Translations under genes and position numbers: made by a program
Notes under the pieces: generated by a model
What the model was told of the DNA's origin: nothing
The model's database searches: none
Seen by the model: only the letters and a program-made list of their open reading frames with translations
Shown: in pieces, positions 20,301 to 31,046 of the stretch
Layout: each line of letters opens with the position of its first letter
Numbering within the stretch: position 1 is the stretch's first letter
Assembly (NCBI GenBank): GCA_008632985.1
Contig: QPGO01000078.1
Location: 124,001-188,000, forward strand
Source: Psammoneis japonica
Lineage: Eukaryota
Length of the DNA stretch: 64,000 nucleotides
Direction of reading: 5' to 3'

Positions 20301-22273
20301 TCCTCGTCATCGTGCTTCGGCTCCTCGGTGAACTCTGTCTCTTCGTCATAATACCTGCGTTCATCGGTGAAATCTGTCTGCTCATCAAAGTTGCGCTCTC
20401 TGGTGAACTCGGTTTCCTCGTCATCGTGCTTGGGTTCCTCGGTGAACTCTGTCTCTTCGTCATAATACCTGCGTTCATCGGTGAAATCTGCTTGCTCGTC
20501 AAAGTTGCGCTCGTTGGTAAACTCGGTTTCCTCGTCATCATGCTTGGGTTCCTCGGTAAACTCTGTCTCTTCGTCATCATACCTACGCTCATCGGTGAAA
20601 TCTGTCTGCTCATCAAAGTTGCGCTCGTTGGTAAATTCAGTTTCCTCGTCATCGTGCTTGGGTTCCTCGGTGAACTCTGTCTCGTCGTCATAATACCTGC
20701 GCTCATCAGTGAAATCAGTTCGCTCATCAAAGTTGCGCTCGTTGGTGAACTCGGTTTCTTCATCATCGTGTTTGGGTTCCTCTGTGAACTCTGTCTCTTC
20801 GTCATCATACCTGCGCTCATCTGTGAAATCTGTCTGCTCATCAAAGTTGCGCTCGTTGGTAAATTCAGTTTCCTCGTCATCGTGCTTGGGTTCCTCGGTG
20901 AACTCTGTCTCTTCGTCATAATACCTGCGCTCATCAGTGAAATCAGTTTGCTCATCAAAGTTGCGCTCGTTGGTGAACTCGGTTTCTTCACCATCGTGTT
21001 TGGGTTCCTCGGTGAACTCTGTCTCTTCATCATAGTACCTGCGCTCATCGGTGAAATCGGTCTGCTCGTCAAAGTTGCGCTCTTTGGTGAATTCAGTCTC
21101 CTCGTCAACGAGTCTAGGTTCCTCTGTAAACTCTGTCCCTTCATCATAGTATCTGCGCTCGTCAGTGAAATCGGTCTGTTCATCAAAGGTATGCTCATCA
21201 TCGGCGACTGAGTGCAACATCAGTTCATTGGAGCTTCTTCTCCAAGGCTTTTCCACTTGAGAGCTAGCTTCGTCTGGACTTACAAACTCAGCTGCTTCGT
21301 CTTCATCACTACTGTCATCACTTATTTCAATGTCTTCCTCATCTGAGCTAAAGTGATCGTGGGCGTTCAGATCCGATGTAGGCGGCTCCTCATCGAAACG
21401 ATCCTGGCTGCTGTTGTAGTCGTAGTCGTCGTCGCCGACGTCCATTGCGGCTGACTTTAGCGGCACACCACTGTGGAAACTGTTCTCGTCCTCCGAGTCA
21501 CCATCCATTTCTGGGCTCTCACTTTCTTTCGAGCTCGAGTCGTCTCCCACTCTAAGAAAGTCTATGGATTCTTCTGCGACTGATCGCCCAGTGACCTCGG
21601 CAGTTCCGAGACTCATGTCTTCCAACTTGAAATCACTATGCGGCTGCGCCAGAGAATGATCCAACATTGAAGCAAGCCGTCCTTCATTGCTCTTCTCTTC
21701 TGTGATGCTTGGCAGCACAAGGCTTGACTCTTCCACAGAGAATTCGGTCAAGGAACGATTCCAAGCTTCTCGCTCCAAATGGTGGAGTGTATCTTCTTGC
21801 TTTTGAATCATTTCCTTGCACTCTTCTTCCAACTCTCGTTTCGAGTTTTCAGCAAGCACCAGTTTGTTTAGGATTTCCATCTCCGCTTTTAGTTCCTCTT
21901 CCTTTTCTTGACTGCCGGTGGCTTCAAGTTCCTCAATGCGGGATTTGCAGTCTTCCTTGGTTATTGTAAGCTGCTCTTCAAGGATTGCCATAATGTGCAG
22001 AGACCGGCACATTCGAGCTTCAAAGGTTGCTACATAGGTGCTCTGGTAGGAGACACTCTTCATGCATTGAGAGTAGGGTTTGAGAGGCAGTTCTCGTAAA
22101 AGTTTTGGACTCAGCGCTTTTTTCAGCTTGTGCTTCATTTGCCGAAGCATATCATCCAACCCGTCTAACTCTAGACTTTGGCGAACACGAGACTGCTGCC
22201 CCTCCATCTTGACATGCCGCAGCTCCAACAGGGCCTTGTCACACGCCGCTTGAATTTCTTCAAGGGCCTCCAT
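17361..22273 (-). CDS. Very large acidic repeat protein; one gene split by a 1-bp frameshift at ~19217
   Basis: ORFs 19172-22273 and 17361-19175 join if one base is restored in the T-run at 19216-19218. This gives AQNPWRRSSSKEKYQPVT, matching the neighbouring repeat AQNPWRRSSSKEKYAPMT. Confidence 0.8.
19520..21190 (-). repeat. Coding minisatellite, 114-bp (38-aa) higher-order unit
   Basis: Unit DEETEFTNERNF-DEQTDFTDERRYY-DEETEFTEEPKHD, about a dozen copies with degenerate ends; built from three related 12-13-aa subunits. Confidence 0.95.
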
Positions 22274-22815
22274 CTCGTTGTTGCGTTACAACGACGCAGG
22301 CGCTTTCGAGGTCTCGTATGTGATTGAAATAACCTTGTAGAGGGGTAAGTTGTTTCTGGTGGTAATTAAAGAGGCGTGTCGTGCAATGCTTTCAGCACTT
22401 GATGCATGGTGTCGTTTGCTCCTCGACGACCATACTTTTTCTGATTTTTATCGTGGCTGACGTGAATTGTATCTGCAATGACCCCAAATGTCTGTGACCG
22501 CACCAACCGCTGTAATGATAGCCTACAAGTATCTTTTGTTTTTATGATAAGTCATTGTTTTTCGTCTTTCAAATTTTCGGTGACATTTCAAGCTAATAGT
22601 GCTAGAAATGACTCCTCGAAGTTAGGCTTATTTCATAACAATGACTTTCGATCCGACAAATTCAAAAATCCTGTTCCGTTTTCCCGCCAAAAAATTGTCT
22701 GTCCTTCGCCCCACGCATCCACCTCTCATTCTGATCTAGCCAACCATGGCCATCAACGCAACGGCCGCATTATTTATCCTCTCATTTGTACAGTACCGTA
22801 GTACTCAGAGAGACC

Positions 22816-24376
22816 ATGTCGAAACGGCCGCGCGAAGAAGATATTGTACCAGTTTGGTGGAAAGCTGCTGTAGAGTGGATTGTCTCGAATGACGGAGTCG
22901 TGCATTCGAGCTTACATCTGGACGAAAGGAGCCGACAAATCTCAGTTGCTAGTAAACCCATATCAGGCGGCGAAACTCTGCTGGTGATTCCACAGAAATG
23001 CCTAGTTTCCTACGAATCGGTCACAAGTACTGTGTATGGAAAGCTACTCGATAGATCTTTGCAAGAAGTTGATTCCACAAAGTTATACAACACTCGACAG
23101 GATCTTGCGATTGCCCTGTTCTTGGCTTGTCACAAAACAAACAAATCATCAAAAGAGACTGCATTTTATAAACCATACCTGGATACGCTTCCAGCGAGTT
23201 CCTCATTTGACGCATTACCCAGACGTTGGTCGGATGAGCAGCTCAGCAGTCTCTTGACCGGCTCTTGTCTGTTGGATAGAGTCAAAAACGCGCAAGAGGG
23301 TGTGCGTAGCGATTACAAACTAGTGCACGAGCAATGGCAGAACCTCACTGATAATCAAGAGGTTGACTGGAAACAATTTCCATCCTTTGCCTCCTTTGAT
23401 GACATGTTGGCTGTCGTTTCTTCCCGAGCGTTTTCAAATGCTGGAGGATCTACCGAGCAAGATGTTGCGCTCGTTCCTTTGTTGGATTTGTGTAACCACC
23501 ATCGAGGAGGCCATGCCAAGAAAAACGTATCCTACAAATGTCAAGCCAATGGAGGTGTCGAGGTGGTGGCGATTGAGTCACTATCCGTTGGTGACAATCT
23601 TCGAATAACGTACGGAGCACAGGGGAATCAACAGCTTTTGTTTAATTACGGTTTTTGCATACCCAACAATCTTGAGCCTGATGGTAAGCATGGCTCCTTC
23701 TCTTTTTGATTGAGTTGTTTGCCATGTCCTGATTAACGTTTGAATCTCTCACATTGGAATAGGTTCTTCCAATGACATTCTTGAGTTTGTCGTCAAACCA
23801 GGATATCCGCCAGTGGAACTCCGCGCAGGACCAAAGTCATACACTTTTGGGGGGTTTGTAAAGGCGCTAGAATTGCATCATACCGAAGGTCGACACGAGA
23901 TTGTTGAAAACACGGCCGAAAACGATGATGATATGGAAGACTTTTTGAACGAATGCGATGCCGAGGGTGATCAATTTTGCGACTTTGGTCATGACGAGGA
24001 CGAAGGAGAAGATGATGAGGAGGGCATGACAGAAGCGTCGTCTGAACAAGCCGCAGTGCGCAACGAATTAAAGGCGCTGGACTCTCTTCGAGAAGCTCTT
24101 GAGCGAGGTCAAGGTGGCTATTCTCTCTGCGGCATAGACTTGGAGGCTGCACAAAGTGCTCGTCAGCTATCCCCACGACATTATGCGGCGATTCTTGTTT
24201 GCTCCGAGCTGAGGACTATTCGGTTGTACCTTCGTGCCATCGATTTGGTCCAGAAACAATTAAAACAAACGGAACAGCTCCCGGAGAACCCGAAGGAATT
24301 GGACGATCTGATGGAGAGCCAGGCTATTATGTTGGCTCGAGCCTTCATTGCAATTCGCTACCCTAGCCATCTTTGA
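22816..24376 (+). CDS. SET-domain protein-lysine methyltransferase (LSMT/SETD3/SETD6-like), two exons
   Basis: Motifs LVPLLDLCNH and ITYG...NQQLLFNYGF. A GT-AG intron at 23684-23762 joins EPD-GSSNDILEF in frame with the 23813-24376 ORF. Confidence 0.88.
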
Positions 24377-24394
24377 TCAACATTTGTGAATTGT

Positions 24395-27300
24395 TCATAC
24401 CAGCATGGCTATCGCTACAGATGAATCTTGATGATCGCCATGGTTTGCCGAGCCGCTGCAAACAATCATCTTTTTCAGACACTGAACGTGGCGAGCATCG
24501 GCTCCGTCTTCGGACCAAGGCTTAAACAGACGTCGTACGCCATTTATGATTGTCGCTGTCCCGCGTTCCTTGCGACAGAAATGACCAAATTTCTGAGGGA
24601 GGTCGCAGAGTAACATTTCGCTGATGCTCGCAAGGATCTCCTCAGGCAGCATGTAATAACATTCAAGGCTTTGTCGCGAGCTTATACATAGGAATGCAAG
24701 TGACAAGTCAGCGTCGTATCCATCGTCCTTCACCCAAATCGCAAGCAGCATTGCCAGAAAATGAACGCCCAATAAACGATTTGGTTCCTCCACCAACACC
24801 AACGCATCAAGAAGCAGCAGTACAATGTCATGCCGCGATGCGGCCGTAACCTCTTTCGTCGTGAACGCTATTTCAAAAGCTACCCGACGAAGAGGGTCGA
24901 CGTGGCGTTGCTCGATGGTACTTGTCAGCCGACGAGCAATCCATGCGACGGCTTTTGTGACCTCGTTTGAATTTCGACCACTCTCTTCAAAGTACCCTGA
25001 TCTGGTTAATAGCATTGTGCATGTGACTCGGAGAATATCAACTTTGACTTCCGCGTTGCCTGTTTTGAAGAAGCCAAGGGTATCAAGTTCCTCAAGCTGA
25101 AGCGCTCCAAGACACTTTGACATTGCTTCCAATAGGAGATACTGGTTGTCCTCTGCCTGTCTTCCATTCCCAACTATTTTATCACTCACGCTAGTGAATG
25201 CTGTATCAATGACAAACTTTCGGAGAAAACTCATTGTTTTTGGCGACATATGGACCTTCCTTTTCTCCGAGGTTGAGTTCGTCGAACGAAGAACCTCGCA
25301 AAGCTGTTTCAAAAACGCTGTTGCAAGCATCAGACTGGAGTCGGTATCGCATAGACGCCAGACATCTCCAAGAGCAGGCTGTACAGAATCAGTGGGAAGC
25401 TTCTGAATAACGTTTGGAAAAGCCGAGATGTAAATGGAAGCTCCGCTGACACCAACTAAGTCCAGAAAATCACGGCTAGAAACTTTCGATATTCGAAGCA
25501 CCATGTTGACAAATTCTCGGGCATCGTACGCTGCTTTCCTTCGACCCACTACCTGAGACATCAAAAGTTCTATGACAGCCGCTTTCACCTCATCTGAATC
25601 GAAACCGCTATTAATCAAGGGCTCCAGTAAAGCCTTGACAAACAGACCAGGTAGAGAAAGCGATCTCAAGGTCCGAAGCAGCCTCGGCAAGACTAGAACA
25701 GAGTGGCCTTCTGGAGACAAAGTGCTCTGTTGGACGAGATCGAGAACGCCTGAAAGGCATGTTCCGCTTTGCGCTTTAAGCATAGTGGCAACCATGGCTG
25801 CTTTTGAACGTTTACTTGATTTCCCTTGATCAGAGGAAAAGTCAATATGATGCGTGGAGGGACTCTTCATTGATGATGCTAGTGCAATGGCTGTAATACT
25901 TGCTTCTCGCTCTCTGACTCCGTTTGAATTGTGTAGAAGGTCCACCATTGCCTTGGTAATGTCTGCAACACTACCTTCTTGAGTTGTTGGATAAAGCCGC
26001 GCTGGATCACAAAATGCGTGGGGTCCAGCGCCTAAACAGGGGATAGAGCCAAGTAGTGACACGGCACCAACAAGAACGGAAAGAGAATCGCCTACGCCGA
26101 AGCGCCCTGCACTCTCGACCAGCAAAGAAAAAGAAGTCGGATCCTTGATCCCGCCATTCAAGCGTGTAACAGAACTTATGCAATAGAACGCGTCCCCGAT
26201 GGCATTGCTGCCGTTCCCCTCCGTTACATGATCTAAAATGTCCTGACAGTCTCGTATAACCTGCTGTATATCTTCTTCACTCAAGAGTTCCAGTGATTGG
26301 CAGGCCGATACAACAGGAGGGAGTGCAAATCCTTTTCCGACGCCGCACCATGGAAGCGCCCGTAATAGCCGATACGATGCGAGAAGTAGATCGGGATCCA
26401 CGACGCGTAACGCCGGCAAAGCAACCGCCATGGCGACGCAAATTGACTTCACTTTCTGGCGAGAGCTATCGCTTACAACTAGCGATGAGTCTTCGACGGT
26501 TTCTACTGCATCCTTGAGGTTCGGAGAAGCCTTTCCACTTTTGATGCAGGCGACAAGGTCAAGAAACACCGACCTGGACGGCTCAATGGTGGATAGGAGC
26601 GAATCAACCAGTGTGCCCGTTATGACTGATATCAGTTTTTTGGCAGTCTCGGTATCACTTAACGTCGACGCTCCAGGCGTCGTGGCAGCTCCGGGTAATG
26701 CCTGTGTAATCAACGCCAAACCATAGGAAGCACCACCAGTCCCCCGGCCACCGAGACCTTGCATTGCCTTCGTCAGCAGGTGCACTTTTGTCGTTACGTG
26801 GCCCATGGAGCGACTGAACGCAGCTCTCGCCCCGAGCAAGCCGACACAAATATGAGCTATGTCCTTGTTCTCGAATGACTGGTGGTCGTTGGCATCCTCA
26901 ACAACACTATTTATCGTTTCAAATAAATCCGTCAATTGGTCTGGGAGAAAGAGAGAAACTGATGCCATAGCCAAATACGCATGATCGGGTGCTCCAAGCA
27001 TTTCACTCCATTCTTGTACATCTCTGATTAGATTCGTCAACACTTCGCGATTATTTGAATCGCCCGTTTGTTCCAACATCGACCACACTTTGCCCATCGC
27101 GTGAAGCCAAGCCTGGACCATCAACGCAAGAGAAACTCCATCTGAGGAGTCGTTTGAGATGTCATTTGCTAGCTCAAATAGCTCCGTTGTGACTTCGTTG
27201 AGTTGTCTCTTTTGACCACCGGCAAGCTGTCCGCAATCGAAACACAGCAACGACGCAATTGCAGAAACGGTGCCAGGGCTATCATTGTGGTACTTGGTTA

Positions 27301-29869
27301 CAAGGGATGGCGAAGGAAGTGCAGTGAGAGCGGATTTCTGAGAGCGGACCTTCTTTGACTTTCCCTTCGATTCGGACACAACTTTTCCACCCTTTTGCCA
27401 GAGAGTATGTCCGAGGACTTCCTCTTCGTATGATATGAGCTTTCTAGCTAAGTCAGCAGCAGCGTCTGGATCCTCTGAGTTGTTGTCACCACCACTGTTA
27501 TTGGATGCCGTGCTCACATCTTGGACACCGCCCAAAATAAGATTTGTCAATACAATGTATCGGTTTGGCGTTGATGCCTTGGACGACGAGTCACCAGTGG
27601 TCTCCGAAATAGACAACGCAGCACGCACTGCATCCTCGTCGACTCCAAGGGCATATAACGAGTAGTTCGACAGTGATTTGTACAGATTGTGGCGTATTCG
27701 ACCTTTAGCCTCTTTTGAATATGTCGTGGTGGTTCCCTCAAATGCTAGTGCAGGAGACAGGCCGAGATCCAGAAGCAATTGAATAGAAGCAGAGACCTGT
27801 GGCGATAAAGCTGGAGCCTCCAAAGCCTGCGACGTCTCGTTGTCGCTATCAATGATACTTTCCGTTCCATCAGATTCTCCGTCTCCGAGTAGAAGAACCA
27901 ACGCCTCCAGACCTACATCAGGTAGACCAAGAATTTCCGTCAAGTCTGTAACTTGACATAACCTCTTGTTCAGCACCTTGATCACAAGGTTGTAATCCAA
28001 CTCCTCGGCAACAATCAGGTGATGCAGACTCATGATTGCATAGTAGACCACAGATGAGTTCTCGTCTGCCAAAAAGGTTTGTATCCACCCAATGACATCG
28101 GAAACATCGCGAATACGATCTTCTTCCGCAAGCTCTGCAATCGTGGCCGCAACAGCTAGCCGCACCTCAGGCTCGGAAGAGGTTGCCGCAACTCCCAAGG
28201 AATCCACGACACGACGGTACAGTTTCTTATTTCTGCGGCACATCTGAGGATAGAGACGAATTACGGAACTCCTCAAGACGGTTGTTTCGTCTTGCATCAA
28301 TTTGACGCCTACAATGTTCCATACTCCTTGTGCGCACTGCGGCTCGAGAACCAAAAAGTCGCACAAATACTCTAGCCAACGCAACAGCTCGCGGCCGTCT
28401 TTGTGACAAGACGAATGGACGGATTCCACGAGAACAGGTAGCAACGTGATTCCGAGTCGAGGAAACTGTTGAAGGATCAGTCGCAGAAATTCTTCACTTG
28501 CTGCCTTTATTCCTGAACTGCTGCTATACAATAGTGACATTGCCATTAGTAAAGCTGCATTCTGTTTCAAAGGAGACAGAACGAGACCTTCGGATGCTGT
28601 AGGCGTGATCACCCGTATGATCCGATCAGTATTCTCTGAATGCTTTTCAAAGAGCTGGATCAAATTCGTAGCACATTCTCCATCCAGCCCGACGGTTTGT
28701 GACAATGCTTTCATCCGGGAAACTTGTTTGAAAAGATTCGGAGGAGTGCCATTGCTTCGATTGACGCATTCCAAAAGTTGCAGCATGGGACGGATCAAGT
28801 CCCAAGCGCTGGCCGCAACTTGACACTTGGAAATCAGTACGGCAATACCAGAGGCATCGTCCGGAAGGGGCGTTGACAATGCAAGCGTTATCAGTTTGAA
28901 TATTATGGCGGGCTCCACTGTCGAATCTATTTTCGGAGAATCCAGAATCTCAACCAGACGATCAAGAATGGAAGTCAATTCGATGCGATACGAGATAGAG
29001 AAAAAGTGTGGAAGAATGTCTCGTAGAATGCCTTGAACAATAGCCGAGATTGAATTCCCCAACTCCTCAGTCACATCTTTCGTGATCAAATGGCCCAACA
29101 CGTCTGTCAGCTGCTGCAACCATCGGTAGGCAATCTCGGAAGCAATTGCCAAGCGCTGTTTATCTCCGGAAGTTCTCCAGAGAAAAAATCGGAGTGACGT
29201 TTGCATCCAAGAAATAAAATGGACAATTCCATCTATTGATTGGTTGGCACGGCTGAATGACCGGCACTTTTGCCATATCAAGTCCAAAAAGAGCGACAAT
29301 TCCTGCGTAGACGACGAAGCTGACATGATACTGGCGGCCATGATGGGTGATAAGAGTAACCTTGCAGAACCAAAATCACGACCCGACGTTTCCACAAAAT
29401 TTCGAACCAAGCATAATCGAGAGCCTGGTACCTTTAGCTTGTGAAATAATTCTGCAATCCCTTCTTCCACCAACGTGGTTCTGACGACTTGTTTGTGTGC
29501 AATCACCGCGTAGGCATGAATAATTGCCGAGAGAGTTTCGAAAGTGTCACTCTCTTGTTCAAATATCATTAAATCGCACCGACAGATCCATTGACTCAAG
29601 GTTTCCAATGACACTTCACCACTAGAAGAGATAACATTGAAATAGGCATGCGGCACGGCTGGATTAACCTGTTTCGAGAGTAGAGACTCCAAAATCTCGT
29701 CTCCAACCGCAGTATCATCATCTTGGATAGACACAAACGACGTTCCGAGACGCCTTCCAAGCGCTGCACTGGATTGATCTGGAGGCTGATCTAAACATGA
29801 TTCGCCTGTTTGGCGATTCAGTCGTTTCAGCAGAGAATCAATCTCGTCCCTGCCTCCGCGACGTGCCAT
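24395..29869 (-). CDS. Large helical ARM/HEAT-like protein, possibly focadhesin/RST1-like
   Basis: ORF of >1800 aa with likely ATG at 29869 (MARRGGRD); Leu-rich helical repeats. EVRLAVAATIAELA resembles the DUF3730 region. The family call is tentative. Confidence 0.6.
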   Translation of the reverse strand: MARRGGRDEIDSLLKRLNRQTGESCLDQPPDQSSAALGRRLGTSFVSIQDDDTAVGDEILESLLSKQVNPAVPHAYFNVISSSGEVSLETLSQWICRCDLMIFEQESDTFETLSAIIHAYAVIAHKQVVRTTLVEEGIAELFHKLKVPGSRLCLVRNFVETSGRDFGSARLLLSPIMAASIMSASSSTQELSLFLDLIWQKCRSFSRANQSIDGIVHFISWMQTSLRFFLWRTSGDKQRLAIASEIAYRWLQQLTDVLGHLITKDVTEELGNSISAIVQGILRDILPHFFSISYRIELTSILDRLVEILDSPKIDSTVEPAIIFKLITLALSTPLPDDASGIAVLISKCQVAASAWDLIRPMLQLLECVNRSNGTPPNLFKQVSRMKALSQTVGLDGECATNLIQLFEKHSENTDRIIRVITPTASEGLVLSPLKQNAALLMAMSLLYSSSSGIKAASEEFLRLILQQFPRLGITLLPVLVESVHSSCHKDGRELLRWLEYLCDFLVLEPQCAQGVWNIVGVKLMQDETTVLRSSVIRLYPQMCRRNKKLYRRVVDSLGVAATSSEPEVRLAVAATIAELAEEDRIRDVSDVIGWIQTFLADENSSVVYYAIMSLHHLIVAEELDYNLVIKVLNKRLCQVTDLTEILGLPDVGLEALVLLLGDGESDGTESIIDSDNETSQALEAPALSPQVSASIQLLLDLGLSPALAFEGTTTTYSKEAKGRIRHNLYKSLSNYSLYALGVDEDAVRAALSISETTGDSSSKASTPNRYIVLTNLILGGVQDVSTASNNSGGDNNSEDPDAAADLARKLISYEEEVLGHTLWQKGGKVVSESKGKSKKVRSQKSALTALPSPSLVTKYHNDSPGTVSAIASLLCFDCGQLAGGQKRQLNEVTTELFELANDISNDSSDGVSLALMVQAWLHAMGKVWSMLEQTGDSNNREVLTNLIRDVQEWSEMLGAPDHAYLAMASVSLFLPDQLTDLFETINSVVEDANDHQSFENKDIAHICVGLLGARAAFSRSMGHVTTKVHLLTKAMQGLGGRGTGGASYGLALITQALPGAATTPGASTLSDTETAKKLISVITGTLVDSLLSTIEPSRSVFLDLVACIKSGKASPNLKDAVETVEDSSLVVSDSSRQKVKSICVAMAVALPALRVVDPDLLLASYRLLRALPWCGVGKGFALPPVVSACQSLELLSEEDIQQVIRDCQDILDHVTEGNGSNAIGDAFYCISSVTRLNGGIKDPTSFSLLVESAGRFGVGDSLSVLVGAVSLLGSIPCLGAGPHAFCDPARLYPTTQEGSVADITKAMVDLLHNSNGVREREASITAIALASSMKSPSTHHIDFSSDQGKSSKRSKAAMVATMLKAQSGTCLSGVLDLVQQSTLSPEGHSVLVLPRLLRTLRSLSLPGLFVKALLEPLINSGFDSDEVKAAVIELLMSQVVGRRKAAYDAREFVNMVLRISKVSSRDFLDLVGVSGASIYISAFPNVIQKLPTDSVQPALGDVWRLCDTDSSLMLATAFLKQLCEVLRSTNSTSEKRKVHMSPKTMSFLRKFVIDTAFTSVSDKIVGNGRQAEDNQYLLLEAMSKCLGALQLEELDTLGFFKTGNAEVKVDILRVTCTMLLTRSGYFEESGRNSNEVTKAVAWIARRLTSTIEQRHVDPLRRVAFEIAFTTKEVTAASRHDIVLLLLDALVLVEEPNRLLGVHFLAMLLAIWVKDDGYDADLSLAFLCISSRQSLECYYMLPEEILASISEMLLCDLPQKFGHFCRKERGTATIINGVRRLFKPWSEDGADARHVQCLKKMIVCSGSANHGDHQDSSVAIAMLV

Positions 29870-30682
29870 GGTGAAGTGCATGCCGCCGAATCCAGAATAA
29901 TTGAAATGCGCGTCCTGCGTCCTGCGTCCATAATTTTCAATTTGGTGAGAACGTGTTGGATTATTGAAAAATAACTTTGATTTGGTCATATTTCGCCAGA
30001 CTTTACAAAAACACATTATTTCCCGTGCAAAAAGCGCCTTTTTATCATAGAGGGTATGTTTTTGACGTACCTAGTAGAAACGGCGGCAGTTTCTGAAATC
30101 AACGCTTGAACATCAGCGACCATGGCCGTCGCCGCCGAAAAGTGCATTATCGATTATGTGTTGATACCGTTGGACCTGCTGTTGTCAACCCAAAATCTGA
30201 TTCATAATGAAAACCAATGAAAATATTCTCTGCACCCGAAATGTGTTTCTTCATTCTCACATTCTCAGTGAGTGCATGCAGCTCGGTATTTGCGATAGTG
30301 ACGGACTCTATTGATTAAATGTATTTTTTTGTTTTCTCAACTTCTTGTTTTGCTTTGTGTGGCGGATGCAGTTGACGCCATCATGTCAAACAGGGCGGCT
30401 CAATAAGTGCACTGTGTCATGCTGTGCGGAGTGGCTCAAGCAGATACCAATATTGAATGTTATATGGAGTGGTCCAAGGGTGAGGAGTATTCTTTTTCTT
30501 AATCTACGATCTACCGCTTTTGGGAAAGTCCCGAAATAAAGGGCAGACGAGGTTGCTCTCGTCTCTAATTATTACGAGCAACTACTGAGGTTGCTGACTG
30601 CAGCAGCGCCTCGGTAATTTTTTCTGCACGACGGCCTACAAGAGCCAAAGGGTGGTTCCCCGGCGAGACTGAGAGTGGTACC

Positions 30683-30973
30683 TGCCGAATATCACGGTCA
30701 TCTATATTCATTCGTATATTCATTCGTGGGTGTCAACCTGGTGTCAAAAGTGTCAAAAGGATGTCAACGATGACACTTTCTAGAAACCTCTTCTCCTTTC
30801 TCGATACATCTCGATGCCTCTCGAAAGATTGTTTCTTTATATTTCTACGCGGTTTCTTAGTATTAATTCTACGAGATTTCGGAGTAGCCGAATCTCTTTC
30901 ATTTCTTCTCACAACATTAGCAACAGTCAACTTTACAACGCTACTTTATACTGTTACTTGGCGCCACTTGGCA
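30683..30973 (+). repeat. Gypsy 5' LTR (291 bp)
   Basis: Matches 35292-35583 apart from 4 substitutions and a 1-bp indel. Confidence 0.97.
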
Positions 30974-31046
30974 TAGTAAATTTACTCCCAAACACTTATT
31001 CATCTCTCTTGAGATATATCTACCGATCATATTGTCCTGACCAGAC

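Noticed and set aside
19520..21190. CRISPR-like array
   Set aside because: Contiguous in-frame coding repeats with no unique spacers and no cas genes.
19756..21211. 481-aa alternative-frame ORF and 461-aa antisense hydrophobic ORF
   Set aside because: By-products of a 114-bp repeat lacking stops in those frames; both end where the repeat ends.
4563..29869. DIS3 and a possible RST1/focadhesin gene as an RNA-decay gene cluster
   Set aside because: They are 16 kb apart with unrelated genes between, and the second family call is tentative.
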